NCBI GenBank assembly: GCA_013265495.1
Contig: MU058423.1
Location: 385,061 to 449,060 of the forward strand
From: Vicugna vicugna
Taxonomy: Eukaryota
Length of the DNA: 64,000 nt
Reading direction: 5' to 3'
Position numbers and translations under genes: made by a program. Shown here in pieces: positions 13,801 to 26,870 of this stretch (its first letter is position 1; each line of letters opens with the position of its first letter). The notes below the pieces were generated by a model, which had not been told where the DNA came from, made no database searches, and worked only from the letters and a program-made list of their open reading frames with translations.

Positions 13801-16800
13801 AATACTCCACAAATAAAACAAGACTTCATTTTAACTTTAAGAATCTGCTATGGCAGTTGCTTTTCTCAAAGGACTGAAACAATTTTGACCCCCAGCTGCT
13901 ACTTATTTTATCTAACAATAGACTGTTTAAAGATGTATGCTTCTGGTGAAGCTATTCATTTCATCTAAACTGCATACAGTTTAAGCCTGAGAAGAGAACT
14001 TTACCACCAACAGGCCGTATGCACACTAAATACAACACTTGTGCCTGGTTCGGAATGGTATCTTATATCAAAATGCTCTCTTAATTATAGCTCTTGCTTC
14101 TCAAGCTGCTCTTTCAACTTGTCAGAAGCTGCCTAAAGTAACTAAAATTGGACTCGTGCAGAAAAAAATGTATTTTAGGAAAACATGTGCCACAAGCACC
14201 TAAACATCTGTTAACATTAAAACCAGAAGGCGGTGTGTTACAGCACACATTAAGACAGGCTGTAAAATTTAATAATTCACAACATTCATTCTGAAATATT
14301 ATGGCAATCTTTTAAAACGATACTCCACAGTGGCGTAATCATTTCATCTGTTCAACAAATATTTACTGAGCATCTATATGCTAGGCGCTATGCTGGGTAC
14401 TGAGGACACGATTCACAAAATAAACACATAAAGCTCTACAGGTCTGTATCGTTTTTAAGGCTGAAAAGCAAAGAGAAAATAAGATCATTCTCTAATTTTT
14501 CTTCTGTTAGAGTCAGCCATTCACCATCCCCCTACTACAATTACGAGAGGCCACAAGTTTTTGCGTAAGTCCACTGTGATGTCTACTGGAAACTTCTTCC
14601 TGGAGTCCTAGTGCCAATAGGGGTAGGTCCTTAGGTGAGTCTGTTTAACACATGTTGCCAAACTATTGCAGTTTTCTAAAATCTGATTGCTATTTATAAT
14701 AATGCTGCTCCTGGAAGAGGTCTAAAAGGAGTCAGTATGAACAAAGCACTTCCTGGTTCAGCCGAGGCAGCGGAACTCCTCCAGTTCTAAGCTGATAACT
14801 TCTATGGAGAGGAAAACCGGGGTCTCAGGTGAGAACAGGGGAAGGAAGTAGGAAAAACAACAGGCCTTAAGAGTGAGGATCGGGAAGGAACTCAAACTTT
14901 CCCCACTTCCTTTTTCTTTTCTCTTCATCAATCAGATAAACATGTGATAAATGGGAGGGTTTCCTGGGTTTAAGGTTAGGACTAGTGGTAATAGTGGGAT
15001 GGGGTTATGAGAAACAGAATAGGATTCAGGGACATACAGGGAAAGGAAAAGAAATCCCCAGTAGTGACAAAAGGGGAAGGCCTGTGGATGTGGCAGAAAT
15101 GAGTCACCAATCAGAGAGAATATGAAATGTAATATACGTTGGCAGAGGAGGCATTAAAAAACTAGGCACTGTTGAAGGCACGCTAGAGACATACATTCAA
15201 ATGATTAGCAACCACCAATTGTTCCTTGGATATGGGGTGCATGATATATATTGAAAGAATATAAATAAAGGGAAAAGGAAAAATGAATCCTACACTGTTG
15301 GAGTATTTGTAATGCCATGCAAATTGCAGTGTTAACACACAAATACTAGTTATCAATCATTTATCCTTATTATAGACAAGGAAACTTTGCTTCAGACAGA
15401 TTGAATGATGGGACCAAGGTCACACAGTTACGTGTAGTGGCACAACAAGCAAAGACTTGCGCAGTGAACTTCAATATGTGACTTGGCATGTGTCAAAGTC
15501 ATAAACACGTAGTCCCTAGGGATGCCATGCAAAACAAGACTGAAGCAAGCAGAGAAAGGAAGAAAATAAGACAGACTCCATCCCATATCAGAAGGGAGAT
15601 GCCTTATGCACTCTGGAGAAATGAAACCACTGGAAATTACTTATCACACATTTCAAAGCTACTAGGGGAAAAAAAAAAAACCAATAGTTTTCAGTGACAA
15701 ATTACCCTAAGGCATATTTAATTAGATAGAAATGTCAGTCTTTGTCAGCCTTAAAAAACATAAATTAATACATTACTCTAAATTTCACAGCATATAGAAA
15801 TAATAGTTTTAGGTTTATTTTTATCACAATTATAATTTCAGAGTACTAATCCAAGAAAAGATTACCCAAATACGACTAAATGAACACATTTACTCTGTAT
15901 CAGTGCAGGAGGGGAAAAAGGAAAAGAAGCTAAAGAAAAGACACAGCTTTTTGTATGAATTCTATTAAGTGGCTTTTGCTTGGCTACTTAGGGAATCACT
16001 GATTCTCTAAGCCTCCGAGAATAGCAATGAGAAAATAAATCTTTGTGGCTATAGAAAAATCTTCAGCAAAGAAGCTTCACACAAACACACACGAAATATT
16101 AATACAGTATTTAATAAAGAGCTAGGAAAATTTTGAGAAAATGTAGTAAGACACTTCATAAACCATTTAATAATGAGCTTTAAGATATACATCAATATAA
16201 GTTCTAACTAAAATGTGAAACTATAAAAGTCTTCTTAGATACCTAGACTCAGGTGCATTTTTCTTCAGTATGCCCAAGCCTCATCTTCTTTGGCCATTTC
16301 TCCTCTCCTTTTTGGGTATCATCTTCCCACTACTCACACAGATATGCTTAAAGGTCTTCCCCTCTCCAAATCTGATCTCAAGACCGATAGGGAAGCATCC
16401 TTAGCAAGGTATAAAAGATTCATGACACTTGAAAGGAGTTATTTCCCTTTGTATTTTTTTAAATTGGACTTTATTTTTAGCATAGTTTTAGGTTCACGGC
16501 AAAACTGAGTGGGAAGTAGAGGTCCCCTATATCATCTCCCATCTCACCTCATGTATTTTAACAGATATCAAATAATGAAGCAAAAGAAAGAACTATTAAT
16601 TTGGGGTCGAGGGAATCCATGCATGGTCTTCATGGGGTCCTTGATCTACCAGATAATATATCCTCAATTTTGCTATATGGGTGCATATACCTTTTTAAGG
16701 AAGCAGGTCTCATCAAGTTCTCAGGGGCTGGCATTCAGAAGCAGCTAAGGCCACTAAGTGAAAGAATGAAATTCAAAGTCCAGACATCAGGTAGAGAGAC

Positions 16801-16997
16801 TAAAGGAACTATTTGGGGGCAGAAAGGCTTCATCAGTGTCCCTAAAACCATGCCACATGGGTGGCTGCTATAGCAAGTCTCAATACAAGCTTAACGTACA
16901 GCAAGCCTCTTAACTTCAGGCTATAGAAATACCCCAGCTAACCAACGAAATGGCTTTCAAACATATGCTGACCTTTCTTTCTTTTCTTTTAACATAC

Positions 16998-17096
16998 CTT
17001 TAAAGCTTCTATAACAAGGTCTCTTGCTTCAAGTTCTCCTTCAAGAATACTGAATAGTGTTAGGAGTTCTGGCTTGCTGAGTTTTTCCAGATTCAT
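16998..17096 (-). CDS. CTTNBP2NL: CTTNBP2 N-terminal-like protein, first coding exon (33 codons; exon 16998-17105 includes 9 nt of 5' UTR); remaining CDS lies beyond the left window edge
   Basis: Reverse complement reads tttgttttag|GCTTTCAGG ATG AAT CTG GAA AAA CTC AGC AAG ... GCT TTA AAG|gtatgt = MNLEKLSKPELLTLFSILEGELEARDLVIEALK, which I recognise as the CTTNBP2NL N-terminus. Canonical acceptor and phase-0 donor. Confidence 0.96.
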
Positions 17097-19126
17097 CCTG
17101 AAAGCCTAAAACAAAGACAACAATCAGACAATACCCAGAAGAAAGAATTAATTTGATATTATTAAAGAAAAAATAGATGAGAAAAGAGCAACAATTACAG
17201 TATAAAATGATTTAAGAAAGGAAAGTTAATTAGATAGAAAAATAAGAGCTTTCTGATGTTAATCTTAAACTAAGCAGCAAGAGAAAATAAAATTCACTTT
17301 AATTATTGATTTCATCACCATTCACAAAGATCAAATTTTCATCATTTTTCCTCCAGGCATATATATAAACATTCTCGAAGGACCCAGAGAGAATTACTCA
17401 CTAATTTTGTTCATTAAAAGTTCAGGTAAAATTGTGTTACAATGAATACGATTTCACTGAAAAATTGTTAGATCATGAAAAGTTTTAGATAGCTAAAGTT
17501 TAGAAAAGATATTAGACTACCTCAGATTTAGATAACTAAATTCCAAAACTGTATATAAAACATTCTGGGATCCCTCTGAAATTGGCTGAAATGAATTTGA
17601 GCAAAGATAATGTTTGGTGGGAGTGTGGGAGAAATTTTTCTTCTACTGTCTACTTTCACAGAGAACATCTATCACAATATTTATATTTCATACAGTAAAG
17701 TAAGACCTAAACGCAACCATGAATGAATATACTTTTAAATGACTTCTTAAAATGTATTGTTTAAACATGTTAATTGGCCAGGCTACTACAAACTGAATTT
17801 ATTTGACTTAGCAAGTTCACATTTTTATGAAGTCTTGCATCTTCTACATTTGTTAAATGGCAAATCGCATGGCATGAACTCAGTCTTTTCCCTGAGATTA
17901 ATTTCCCACAAACCACACACAGATAGAAGTTAGACTGCTATACAATCTTTGAAGGGTCTTCTGAGCAGTTTGTATGGTGAAAATGCATTTTATAACTTCT
18001 AAAGTACAGCAAACACTATTTTCCTCTCCCACTCTTTACTTACAAGTTGCCACTCTCATATAGTTTTCTTTAAAGTGAATCATAACATGACTAGCTCACA
18101 CACCCTCCAGTAATTTCCAACTCCTATGAGCACATTAAATTTTAGGAGGCACACAAAAGAGTCATTGATTCTTCCAGAGCTACTGCCTTTAAGTGAATGA
18201 GAGCTCGTAGAAAATGCATACTTCACTGTGTTGTTAGATTTTGTCCCAGGACAAGCTGTACAAGTCTTTTGCCACATGGTAAAATATGTTCAGCTCTAAA
18301 AAATACTTTCAGCTCTAACTGCTAACTTTCTAACTGGTGAGGGTTAGCGACTAGTAAGTGATTCTCACTTCAGTATCAGAGAGCTATCTCACAACAGTTA
18401 TTTTAAAAATAAGAACTAACAAAAACAAAACAACCCACCCCCCCCAAAACAACAAAGATGGTACGTGGGAAAAAAACACATAGCTTTGCAGTCAGATAGA
18501 TGTCATTTTGGCATCTTCCTGGTTGTGTGACTTTGGGCAAGTTTTCTGATTCTCAGTTTTCTTATCTGAAAAGTGGGATGATGAGATCTAACTCAGGATT
18601 GTTGTGAAAACTGAGTTAGTAAATATAAAACATCTTGTCAAGTTCCTGATATAAGCTGATCAATGGTTTAATTATTAATAACTACTATCCTGTCTCATTT
18701 TCTAAAAGAATTCTAGGAAAGGCATTACCAAAATTGCAGACAGTCAAGATCAAGGACTTCAGAATGCAATGACTTTGACTGCCCTTTTGTAGTTGGGAAC
18801 CACAAATGACGAAAGATGTCCTGGAGTGAGGAACGGTGAGGAACTTAAACTACCAGTTGAGTCACACTGGTTTCTTAGATGAAACCCTTCCCCTAGGTCC
18901 TAATGGTTTCATGTTTTAATCTCTCTCAAGGAGACTGTAAGGCAGAGGAAAAAATCCTATCATTTTATACCCTTCCTTATCCCTCCCATGATGTTAAGCA
19001 GAATAATAGGCACTTGGTTAAGGCACTCCATAAATTATCAACTGCACTAAGTCAACTAGGAATAGAGCTGAAAATGATACTGTTCACACTGTTACTCTTC
19101 TTTCCTTCAATATCTTTATAGACTCT

Positions 19127-19296
19127 ATTATTTTTAATGTATTACGTATTTATTTATTTATTTATCTATCTATCTATTGGGGGGAGGTAATTAGGCTTAC
19201 TTCTTTCTATATTTTTCAGAGGAGGTGCTGGGGTTTGAACCCAGGACCTTGTGTATGCCAAGCATGCGCTCTACTACTCAGCTATACCCTCCCCCC
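19127..19296 (-). mobile_element. tRNA-Ala-derived camelid SINE (Vic-1 type)
   Basis: Reverse complement has a tRNA-Ala-like head (gggtatagctgagtagtagagcgcatgcttggcat...cctgggttcaaacccc) plus the cctaattacctcccc tail. Partial TSD ctttatag. Confidence 0.88.
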
Positions 19297-21958
19297 TTTA
19301 TAGTCTTGAAATATTCTTATTTAGAGATCCAAAACTGTGGCTTAAGGAAGTGATGTGACATAATAAGATATAATAGACTGGGAGTGAAGAATGTAGAATT
19401 TTACTTTCAGCTCTGCCACTAAACAGCGACATCACTTTGGGAAAAAACATGACCCAGCTGCCCTGGCACTGAGTTTCCGCACAGGTGAAACAGACTCGAT
19501 AATCTCTACAGTTCTTCATGGTTTCCTTCTAAGCCTTCATGAGTAAAACTCAAGAATTATTTGTTAGAGAATTCAGTTAAATAAGAACTACAGGTAAACA
19601 TACAAAGAACAAAAAGAGACTGTACCTAAATCAAAGTTTTTGATTTGCTGTGATAAATATACATTCTCGTTGAACAGAAGAGTAAAACTGAAACAATCTT
19701 TAGTCACGTTAATTATAAAGCAGTCCAGCCCAGGCAAGAAGAAATTCTATTCTTTGTCAATGGCACAATGAACAATATTCTTGGTACCTCTATATTTGTA
19801 AATCACTTCTGCACACAAATTTTAATATCTGGAACATTTTGCTGATACGTACCAACTTATTTAGCTTAGTATCTATGTGAAGTGAATATAATACAAACAT
19901 GACACAGGAGGGGAAAAGAGCCATAGCTGTGTAATTCAAAACCCAATGGGTCTGTTTTTCCATTTTCCATAACCCTTCTTTAATAAATATTAAAATTTAG
20001 CAGTTCTTTACATTTGAATCTAGTCTCAACACACAAGACATTGCAATAAGTTTTTGTCTGAAATATAAATGAGTGATAGTAAAATTGCATTATGTTTTAG
20101 GATGGCAATGATGTTCCTGGGGGCGGGGATGGGCATGGGGGTGATACTGACCTGATAACTGGCAGTCACACTTTAGTCCTCAAATATAAATTCTTAAGGT
20201 TTTCTTCAGTTAATATTCGGGAAGATTGACACATATATTTAAAATGTCATCAGCATGGTGGAAAAGTGTCCAATGCTGCAAAATAATAAGAAATTTATTG
20301 TCTGTGTGACCACACTATAGACAATTGGTAAATCCCAAGAATGTCACCTGTCATTATAGCTGATAAGGCCTGACAGCTGTAGGTTGATACAGACAAGAAA
20401 GAGGAAAACAGCCACTTCTTCAAGTTGAAGCTGAGTAATATAGGACAAATACCAGAAATCTGACTTCCCGTTTGCAATTAAAATTAGGGAAAGTAAGGGC
20501 TTTCAAAATGTTTTTACTTTAAGATGTCCACTATCATTTCAAGAACTATCTTATGAATGTTACTAGAAGAAACTGACTTTTTCTCCCTAAATTGACAAAA
20601 GCCTATTTGCTTGAATCACCATGACTTATGCATAGAGTACTCAGAAAAATAACACAATTACAACTGGACTTTTCAAATTGCCAAATTTCTGCAAGGAAAT
20701 TCTCATCCCCTCACCTCCTGCCAATCAATAAACAAACCAACCTGTCACCATCTCAGCTTTGTCTGTAAATTACTCATCCCAGTTTCTACTTTTTCCTATT
20801 TATTTCCAAATATTAATTGTTGAATTACATGCAGTTTTTGGCTTATGTCTTCATAGTAGTGTATCAGACCCCAGAAAACTTTTTTAAAAATGATAGGCCC
20901 TAAATTTTATTTGATAAAACATAATTTTTGTCCTGTATTTTAAGGCACCAAGTCTATTTGACTCAGTCTCTGCCCATGTACAAATTATGTGGCCCAGGAT
21001 TTTCAGAAAAAGGCTGTTTTTGACTCCACATTCATTATCAGAAATACGACTGCCAGATTTTTGGCATGCCATACTGTCGTCTACAGACTCATTCTCTACT
21101 TATTTTCTAAATGAGCTGTTACTTGTCACTGTCATCATCCATTAAGTAACTGTGAAAGACAAGATCATTTCAACCAGATGCTCAGCTAATTCCTTCCAGT
21201 AGAATCTCTCCAAGACCCAACTTTCCTTCGTTTAGAATATTTCTGTCTAAGGAATGCTACAGTCTATAAATCTGAAACAAAAACCACTTGTGGACAAGTT
21301 GTCTGAATACATTATCATACACCATGGTACAGCTAGCTGTGGCTATATTAAGCTTTATAGTTTTCTCAATTAAAAATACATATAAATATATCTAACAAAA
21401 AGATCAAGTTATATACATTTTAAAATCCTGGGAAAATAAGCCTATTTATAGACTAAGTATGAAACTTACTTTTAAGTTATTAATAAGTGATTTCAAACAT
21501 AAGTTTGCCCAGCACTCCATTTGCTCTATTCACGTGATACTTCCTATCAAATCAGGGCCAACAGCCAGGAGAGCATGAGTCTCTTCTGTACGAACTTTCA
21601 TGTGCCAATATGGGTGTCACAAAGAACACTGTCCCCACACCTCCACTGTACCTCCTAAACAACAGTGCTGATTTTGCCATGAAGTATGCTGCTGTGGCTT
21701 GGGCGCTGGTCATTTCATTTTCACCTTTTCCCTTTACCCAACTTCCACTCAATCTGGTTCTGATTGTGCCTTTTCCTTCTTGAATAAGTCTCAAGTTTTT
21801 GCTCTGGAACTGTGAATTAATTCTGTAGGACAGCAGGCATTGTTGCCTTTTTACCAATAGAGACTGGGTGGCAGAAAAAGAAACACCCCAAACAGTTTCT
21901 ACAGCAAAGTAAGCAGTAGGGCAGGGCAGGGTGGAGTACAAGTAAGATGTTTGTCTAC

Positions 21959-22072
21959 CTAGTATCTGGGTGTGTGTATGTCTTTCCCTGGAACTGAAGG
22001 CTTTATTTCTCAGTGCTGGGGGATATGGGACATGAGAGATGAGTCTTAGATATTCCTGACATATAATCACCT
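21959..22072 (-). other. CTTNBP2NL: Probable 5'-UTR exon 2 of CTTNBP2NL (114 nt)
   Basis: Minus strand: long poly-T tract + tag|AGGTGATT...CAGATACTAG|gtagac. It lies between the CpG island and the ATG exon, and its terminal TAG is an in-frame stop 3 codons before the ATG after splicing. Confidence 0.72.
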
Positions 22073-23032
22073 CTAAAAAAAAAAAAAAACTACACAAATC
22101 TTTTTAAAAAATTCACTTGGCTAGTATAAAAAATGAATCAGTTATTTTACCCAGAAGGTCACACTTGCAGGACTGGATTAAAAAAAAAATTACTTCTTTA
22201 TTAGATAATCAGATATCAAATTTAAGAAATTTATACTTGGGCTACAATTGACTGAGATGCAGGCCATTCAGTAAGTTTTTAGTATCAGTGATAAGATATG
22301 AGCTAAGATATAAAGAAAATTTGCTCCAATTATATAAAGACTCTTACCAATACATATAAGTAAAACCAAAATTTGAGAAGCCAGTTAATTCTTAGAATTC
22401 AAAGAGTCAACATCAACATATAAAATGGGTGTTTTGACAGCTTTCCTCTAGATAATTTACTTCCTTAAAAACGTGGTATATATGAAATTTTTAAAAAATA
22501 AAATGAACATGTCACAATTATAAGTACCGAATCTAAACACAGACAAAAGTGCACTGCTGTTTAAAAAAAAAAACGTATCCAAAGCAACCTCCTATCTGGG
22601 GCAGAAGGTGTTGACACATTACCTTGACTATCTCAAGATTTAAGTTTCCCCACCCTCTGGCATTTCTGGTTTTTGGAAGGGTTATTTATGCATTTGGGGA
22701 TAAAAGAGTGACAACATTCCAAATCGTACCTCTCATTCCACTTTTGCCATTTTAGGATTAGGCTAAATTAGAAAAACATCTCAAAATATTATCAGAAAGT
22801 AATTTTCTGATCACAAAAGCAAATTTTTGTACATTTATTAAAGAGTTGTTATGCTGTTATTATTTACAAAGATTCTAAAACCAAGGTAGAAAAACAAATC
22901 TCATTTTACTGAATTCTACAATACTACGCAAAATAAGCTTCATTACAAACGTCAAATCAATCTTCTTTCAGTTGAAGGTAAAAGATATTACTGGGCTACC
23001 TGGATTCTTATCTGTCTATGTGTTATAACATG

Positions 23033-23432
23033 TGCTATGGGCTGAATTGTGTCCCCCACCCCCAAATTCATAAATTAAAGTTCTAATTCCCAATACCTTA
23101 GAATGTGACTGTATTTGGAGATAAGGTCTTTAAAGAGGTACTTAAATTAAAATGAAAAATGAGGTCATTAGGGTGGGCCCTAATCTAATGTGACTGGTGT
23201 CATTGTAAGAAGAGAAAACTGGACACAAACATAGGACAGGGAGAGACCATGTGAAGACACAGGGAGAAAATGGGCACCTACGAGCCAAAGAGAGAGGCCT
23301 AAGAAGAAACCGATCCTACTCACACACTGATTTCCAGCTTCTAGCCTCCAGGATTGTGAGAAAGTAAATTTCTGTAGTTTAAGCCACCCAGTCTGTGGTA
23401 TTGTTTTATGGCAGATCTAGCAAACTAATATA
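23033..23432 (+). mobile_element. MLT1 (MaLR) solo LTR, MLT1A/B-like
   Basis: tgctatgggctgaattgtgtcccc...gaatgtgactgtatttggagataaggtc...tttaagccacccagtctgtggtat...gcaaactaata. Confidence 0.88.
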
Positions 23433-23969
23433 TGCCAAACATTTACTACTTTTAAAGACTATTACAGCAACGAGATCCAAGCCCTCTCCTTCCCATGAGA
23501 GTGACATAGCACAGAATGGCCTGCTTGGCCTTAATCAGTCTGCTTTTTCCAGCCACACTATGGATAGGATTATATAAAACAGACGGGTTCTAAAACAGTT
23601 TTAGAGACTCTAAATTTCAGGATCCCGAAATACAATATGAATAAGTGTGCACTTACAAAGGAATTACAACAGTGCGAAAGGAGTGAGATGCTTGTTTATC
23701 CAATGCTGCCAGTCTAGACTTTGACATAGGCTTCAAGTTCTGTAATAAAGCTAATAGTCTTTAAGGTCTTTAATAGTCTTTAAAGTCTTTAAGGTAATTA
23801 TTTTAAATGCTTTCAGTGCTCTACTCAAAGCAGATTCTATGATACCAGATTTTCTGGATTTATTCTTAGTATAGAAATTAATAATGATATAATTGAGCTT
23901 ACCAATGTTAATCACCACTACTTCAGAGTTTTATAGCATAGTCTTCTAGCAAGAATTCAAGCCATAACA

Positions 23970-24480
23970 GTAATAATACAAATGATATTCATTTATTGAG
24001 CTAAACATTACTGTGTTCTAGGCAGTGTTCTAAGTATTTGACATGTAATTCAGTGATCACAACCTTAGGTGATAGATGCTATAACCATCACAAATTCATC
24101 ATTATCATCATCCCCATTTTACAGATAGGAACACTGAGGTACAAAGGCAAGTAAGTTGCTCAAAGCCTCACATCATGCAGAAATGGGATTTGAATCTAAG
24201 TAATTTGATTCCAGAGGCTTCCTTAGTAATCACTGCTACTTGGTAACCACTGTCCACATCTGATTTCTCATTTTATCAGCTAAAATGTGATTCACAGAGC
24301 TGGAAGGGACTTCAGAAATAATCTAAGTTAGCACTCTCAACTTTATTTATTTTTTTTACTGAATATCGTTCCCTGTGCTATACAGTAGGTCTAGCACTCT
24401 CATTCTACAGATGAAAATTGAGGCGAGTTGTTAAGTAAATTACTGAAGATTACAGTTAAATGGTAAAGCTATTAAGATCC
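23970..24480 (-). repeat. Two MIR copies; the second is interrupted by a 52-bp L1-derived insert (24340-24391)
   Basis: MIR core cccattttacagat..gaa(c)actgagg. Insert flanked by tagcactctca twice. Confidence 0.75.
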
Positions 24481-25529
24481 AGTCTAATCACTGTCTGGGA
24501 CATCATGATGGACAGCAGGTTTCTGCTTTGTTTAGCTCTGGTTTAAGATTCTTGCATCTCTGGTGCATCTCTCTGTGTGTGTGAACGTCTGTCACCCTCT
24601 CTATGGGTGTACATCTGTTTTTCTGTCTCTCTTACATGTTGCCAGCAAGATTTGTATGTATATTAACGATAAGGAGGAAGTGGTCTCATGTGCATAAACA
24701 AGCATTCAAACATCTCTTCCCCAAAATGAGGACATTTGGCACAACACTATTAAAAACAGGTCTGTCTACCTGGATATCTGTTTACACTTTTTCAAGTATT
24801 CTCATTTGAGACAAGACCAAACCAGAAGATCTGCATTAGTTAAGCTACTGGTATGTACGTTAATGAAAGTGAATAATAGCTTTTACATTTATAAATTTTT
24901 TTCATTAAAATAAAAAAAGATGTCTCTTAACATCAGAAAAGTACCAGAAATTTTTACCATTTCAAGTATATCTGTCAGTAGGCTTTATTTATTTAAATGA
25001 AATTATAACATAATTTCATTGAAATATGTATATCTGTCAATATATCTATTTGTCCATCATTCTCCTAAATTTTTGCTTTTTTGAAAAAAATGCCAGAATG
25101 ATTTGTAAAACACTACAATGAGGGAACAATAATATGTAGATTGATTTTATTTCCAGTAAAATGATTCATGGGCCTCAATTCTACAGGCAGCCTGGAATAT
25201 AAGAGTCCTTCAGCTATTAATGTAGGATGAAGTCACTGACTGCACGAGGATTTCAAATCAGGAATAAACAGAGTGTATGGCATGGAGGATGAACCATAAA
25301 ACAGTTAAGGCATCTGTTTTAGCTGTGCCCATAACCTGACTCTCCCTGAACTGTACAAAATTTCACAAAAGCTTGTAACAGTATATTACAACTGATGATA
25401 TTGTTTTGTCTTCTACAACAGACCACTGAGTTTTTAAAAAGTTTAACAACTTGCTATCAGTTGAAAATGATCAACAGACCTAGCAAGTGTTTTTGCTGCA
25501 AGGTTCTTCGAGGACAATAAATCTTCTGG

Positions 25530-25710
25530 GAGGCGGTGTGCTACAGTGCAAAGCGCGTGGACTTTGGAGCCAGACAGGCCCAGGATTGCGTCCTGGTTCT
25601 ACCACTTCATACTTCCTTGATCTACTTAATCTTTGAGCTTTAAGTTCTTCATCTATAAAATGGGGATGACCATACATGCTCTAACAGGATACTGAACAAT
25701 TTAAACAAGT
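25530..25710 (+). repeat. MIR SINE
   Basis: ggactttggagccagac...ttcttcatctataaaatgggga matches the MIR consensus. Confidence 0.8.
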
Positions 25711-26379
25711 TAGTAAACGGTCAGTTCTCTTACTTCTCATCCCTGGAGAGCATATATTTGGTTTCATCTTCAACAATAATGAAGTTTTCCTTTTTTCCAA
25801 TGAGTTGTCATTTTCTGTGTCTAAACATCAAAACAAGTTAATTCCTTCTAACCTGGTAGATTTATCTGCTCAAAGAAGGAGATGGCCTGGCCAGTTCCTG
25901 GGAAAGTCTGCTTAGGAACATGCACAACACTAATTCAGGCTGGTGGTATCTGCACACCATTTGGAAAAAAAAAAAAAAGGATAATGCTCTGCCTAGACCA
26001 GCTTTCTGTGACTTTTGGATATAAATGAAAAGCACGCCTTTGCTCCCACTGAATTTTTATAGCTTTTAATCAAGTCACAATTTTAACATGTAATGACTGA
26101 GAAATGGGTTTTCTAAAAATATCACAGCTATTTTTTACATTCTACTAAATGCATAATGGATATGTATCTATATTCCTAATATAGGAGCAGTTATCACATT
26201 TCTATTATATCAATTCATCTATTTACATAGCTGTCTTTTGTCTTACAAGACTATGCTCTTGTAGACAAATACTCTATCTTCAACTTGATGAAACTTAGCA
26301 CCAAGTAGTCAAAGGGGTTCAAAGGGATATTAAAAAAAATGCTGGCTGGGAAGAAAGGTACAGAACAAGTACCTTGAAT

Positions 26380-26870
26380 TACAACCAACAAAACTGAACT
26401 TTTAGGAAATAAGAAGCTACTAAACATTTTTAACTAGGTGAATATTGTACCAGAAGTATAGTTTTAGGAAGGCTAAAGTTTCTGTTAGGAAGGTACAGAG
26501 CTGCTGTGACTGAAGAGAAACTGGAAGCAGAAAAAGCAGTTGGGAGAAAACTTTAACAGCATAGGAATAAGGCTAAAATGTGTCAACTAGGATGGTGGCT
26601 GTAAGAGTGGATAAGAAATGACTGATGCAAGAGACTTTATAAAGAATTCACAGTAACTTGGTTTTGGTTCCTTTTAAGGAGGTAAGGGGGGAAATGATCC
26701 CAGATCAGCTGAGGATTTAAGACTGGGTGACCAGAATGATGATGCCATGAACAGAAACAGGGATGTTAGAAAAGGAACTGGTTTTAGGGGGGAAATGATG
26801 ACTGTGATGTGAGACACGCTGAATAAGAAGTAATTAGACCCCCAAGAGGAACGTGTTAAGAGTCAGTGAA
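26380..26870 (-). repeat. L2 fragment
   Basis: Purine-rich L2 reverse-strand motifs (gactgggtgaccagaatgatgatgccatgaacagaaacaggga). Confidence 0.55.

Noticed and set aside
1..16997. Further CTTNBP2NL coding exons
   Set aside because: I found no exon encoding the expected continuation (AQHRDTFIEERYG...); it should lie beyond the left edge.
20349..20460. Alternative candidate UTR exon (cag|ATTTC...ACAG|gtgaca, minus)
   Set aside because: Purine-rich acceptor context and weak donor; 21959-22072 has a much stronger acceptor.
21552..22097. 181-aa ORF overlapping exon 2
   Set aside because: Starts in the polypyrimidine tract and reads through the donor into intron; not CTTNBP2NL sequence.
23753..23796. 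Short tandem gtctttaa(t)ag repeats (similar small arrays at ~37015-37075 and ~40405-40460)
   Set aside because: Ordinary slippage micro-duplications without unique spacers or coding context.
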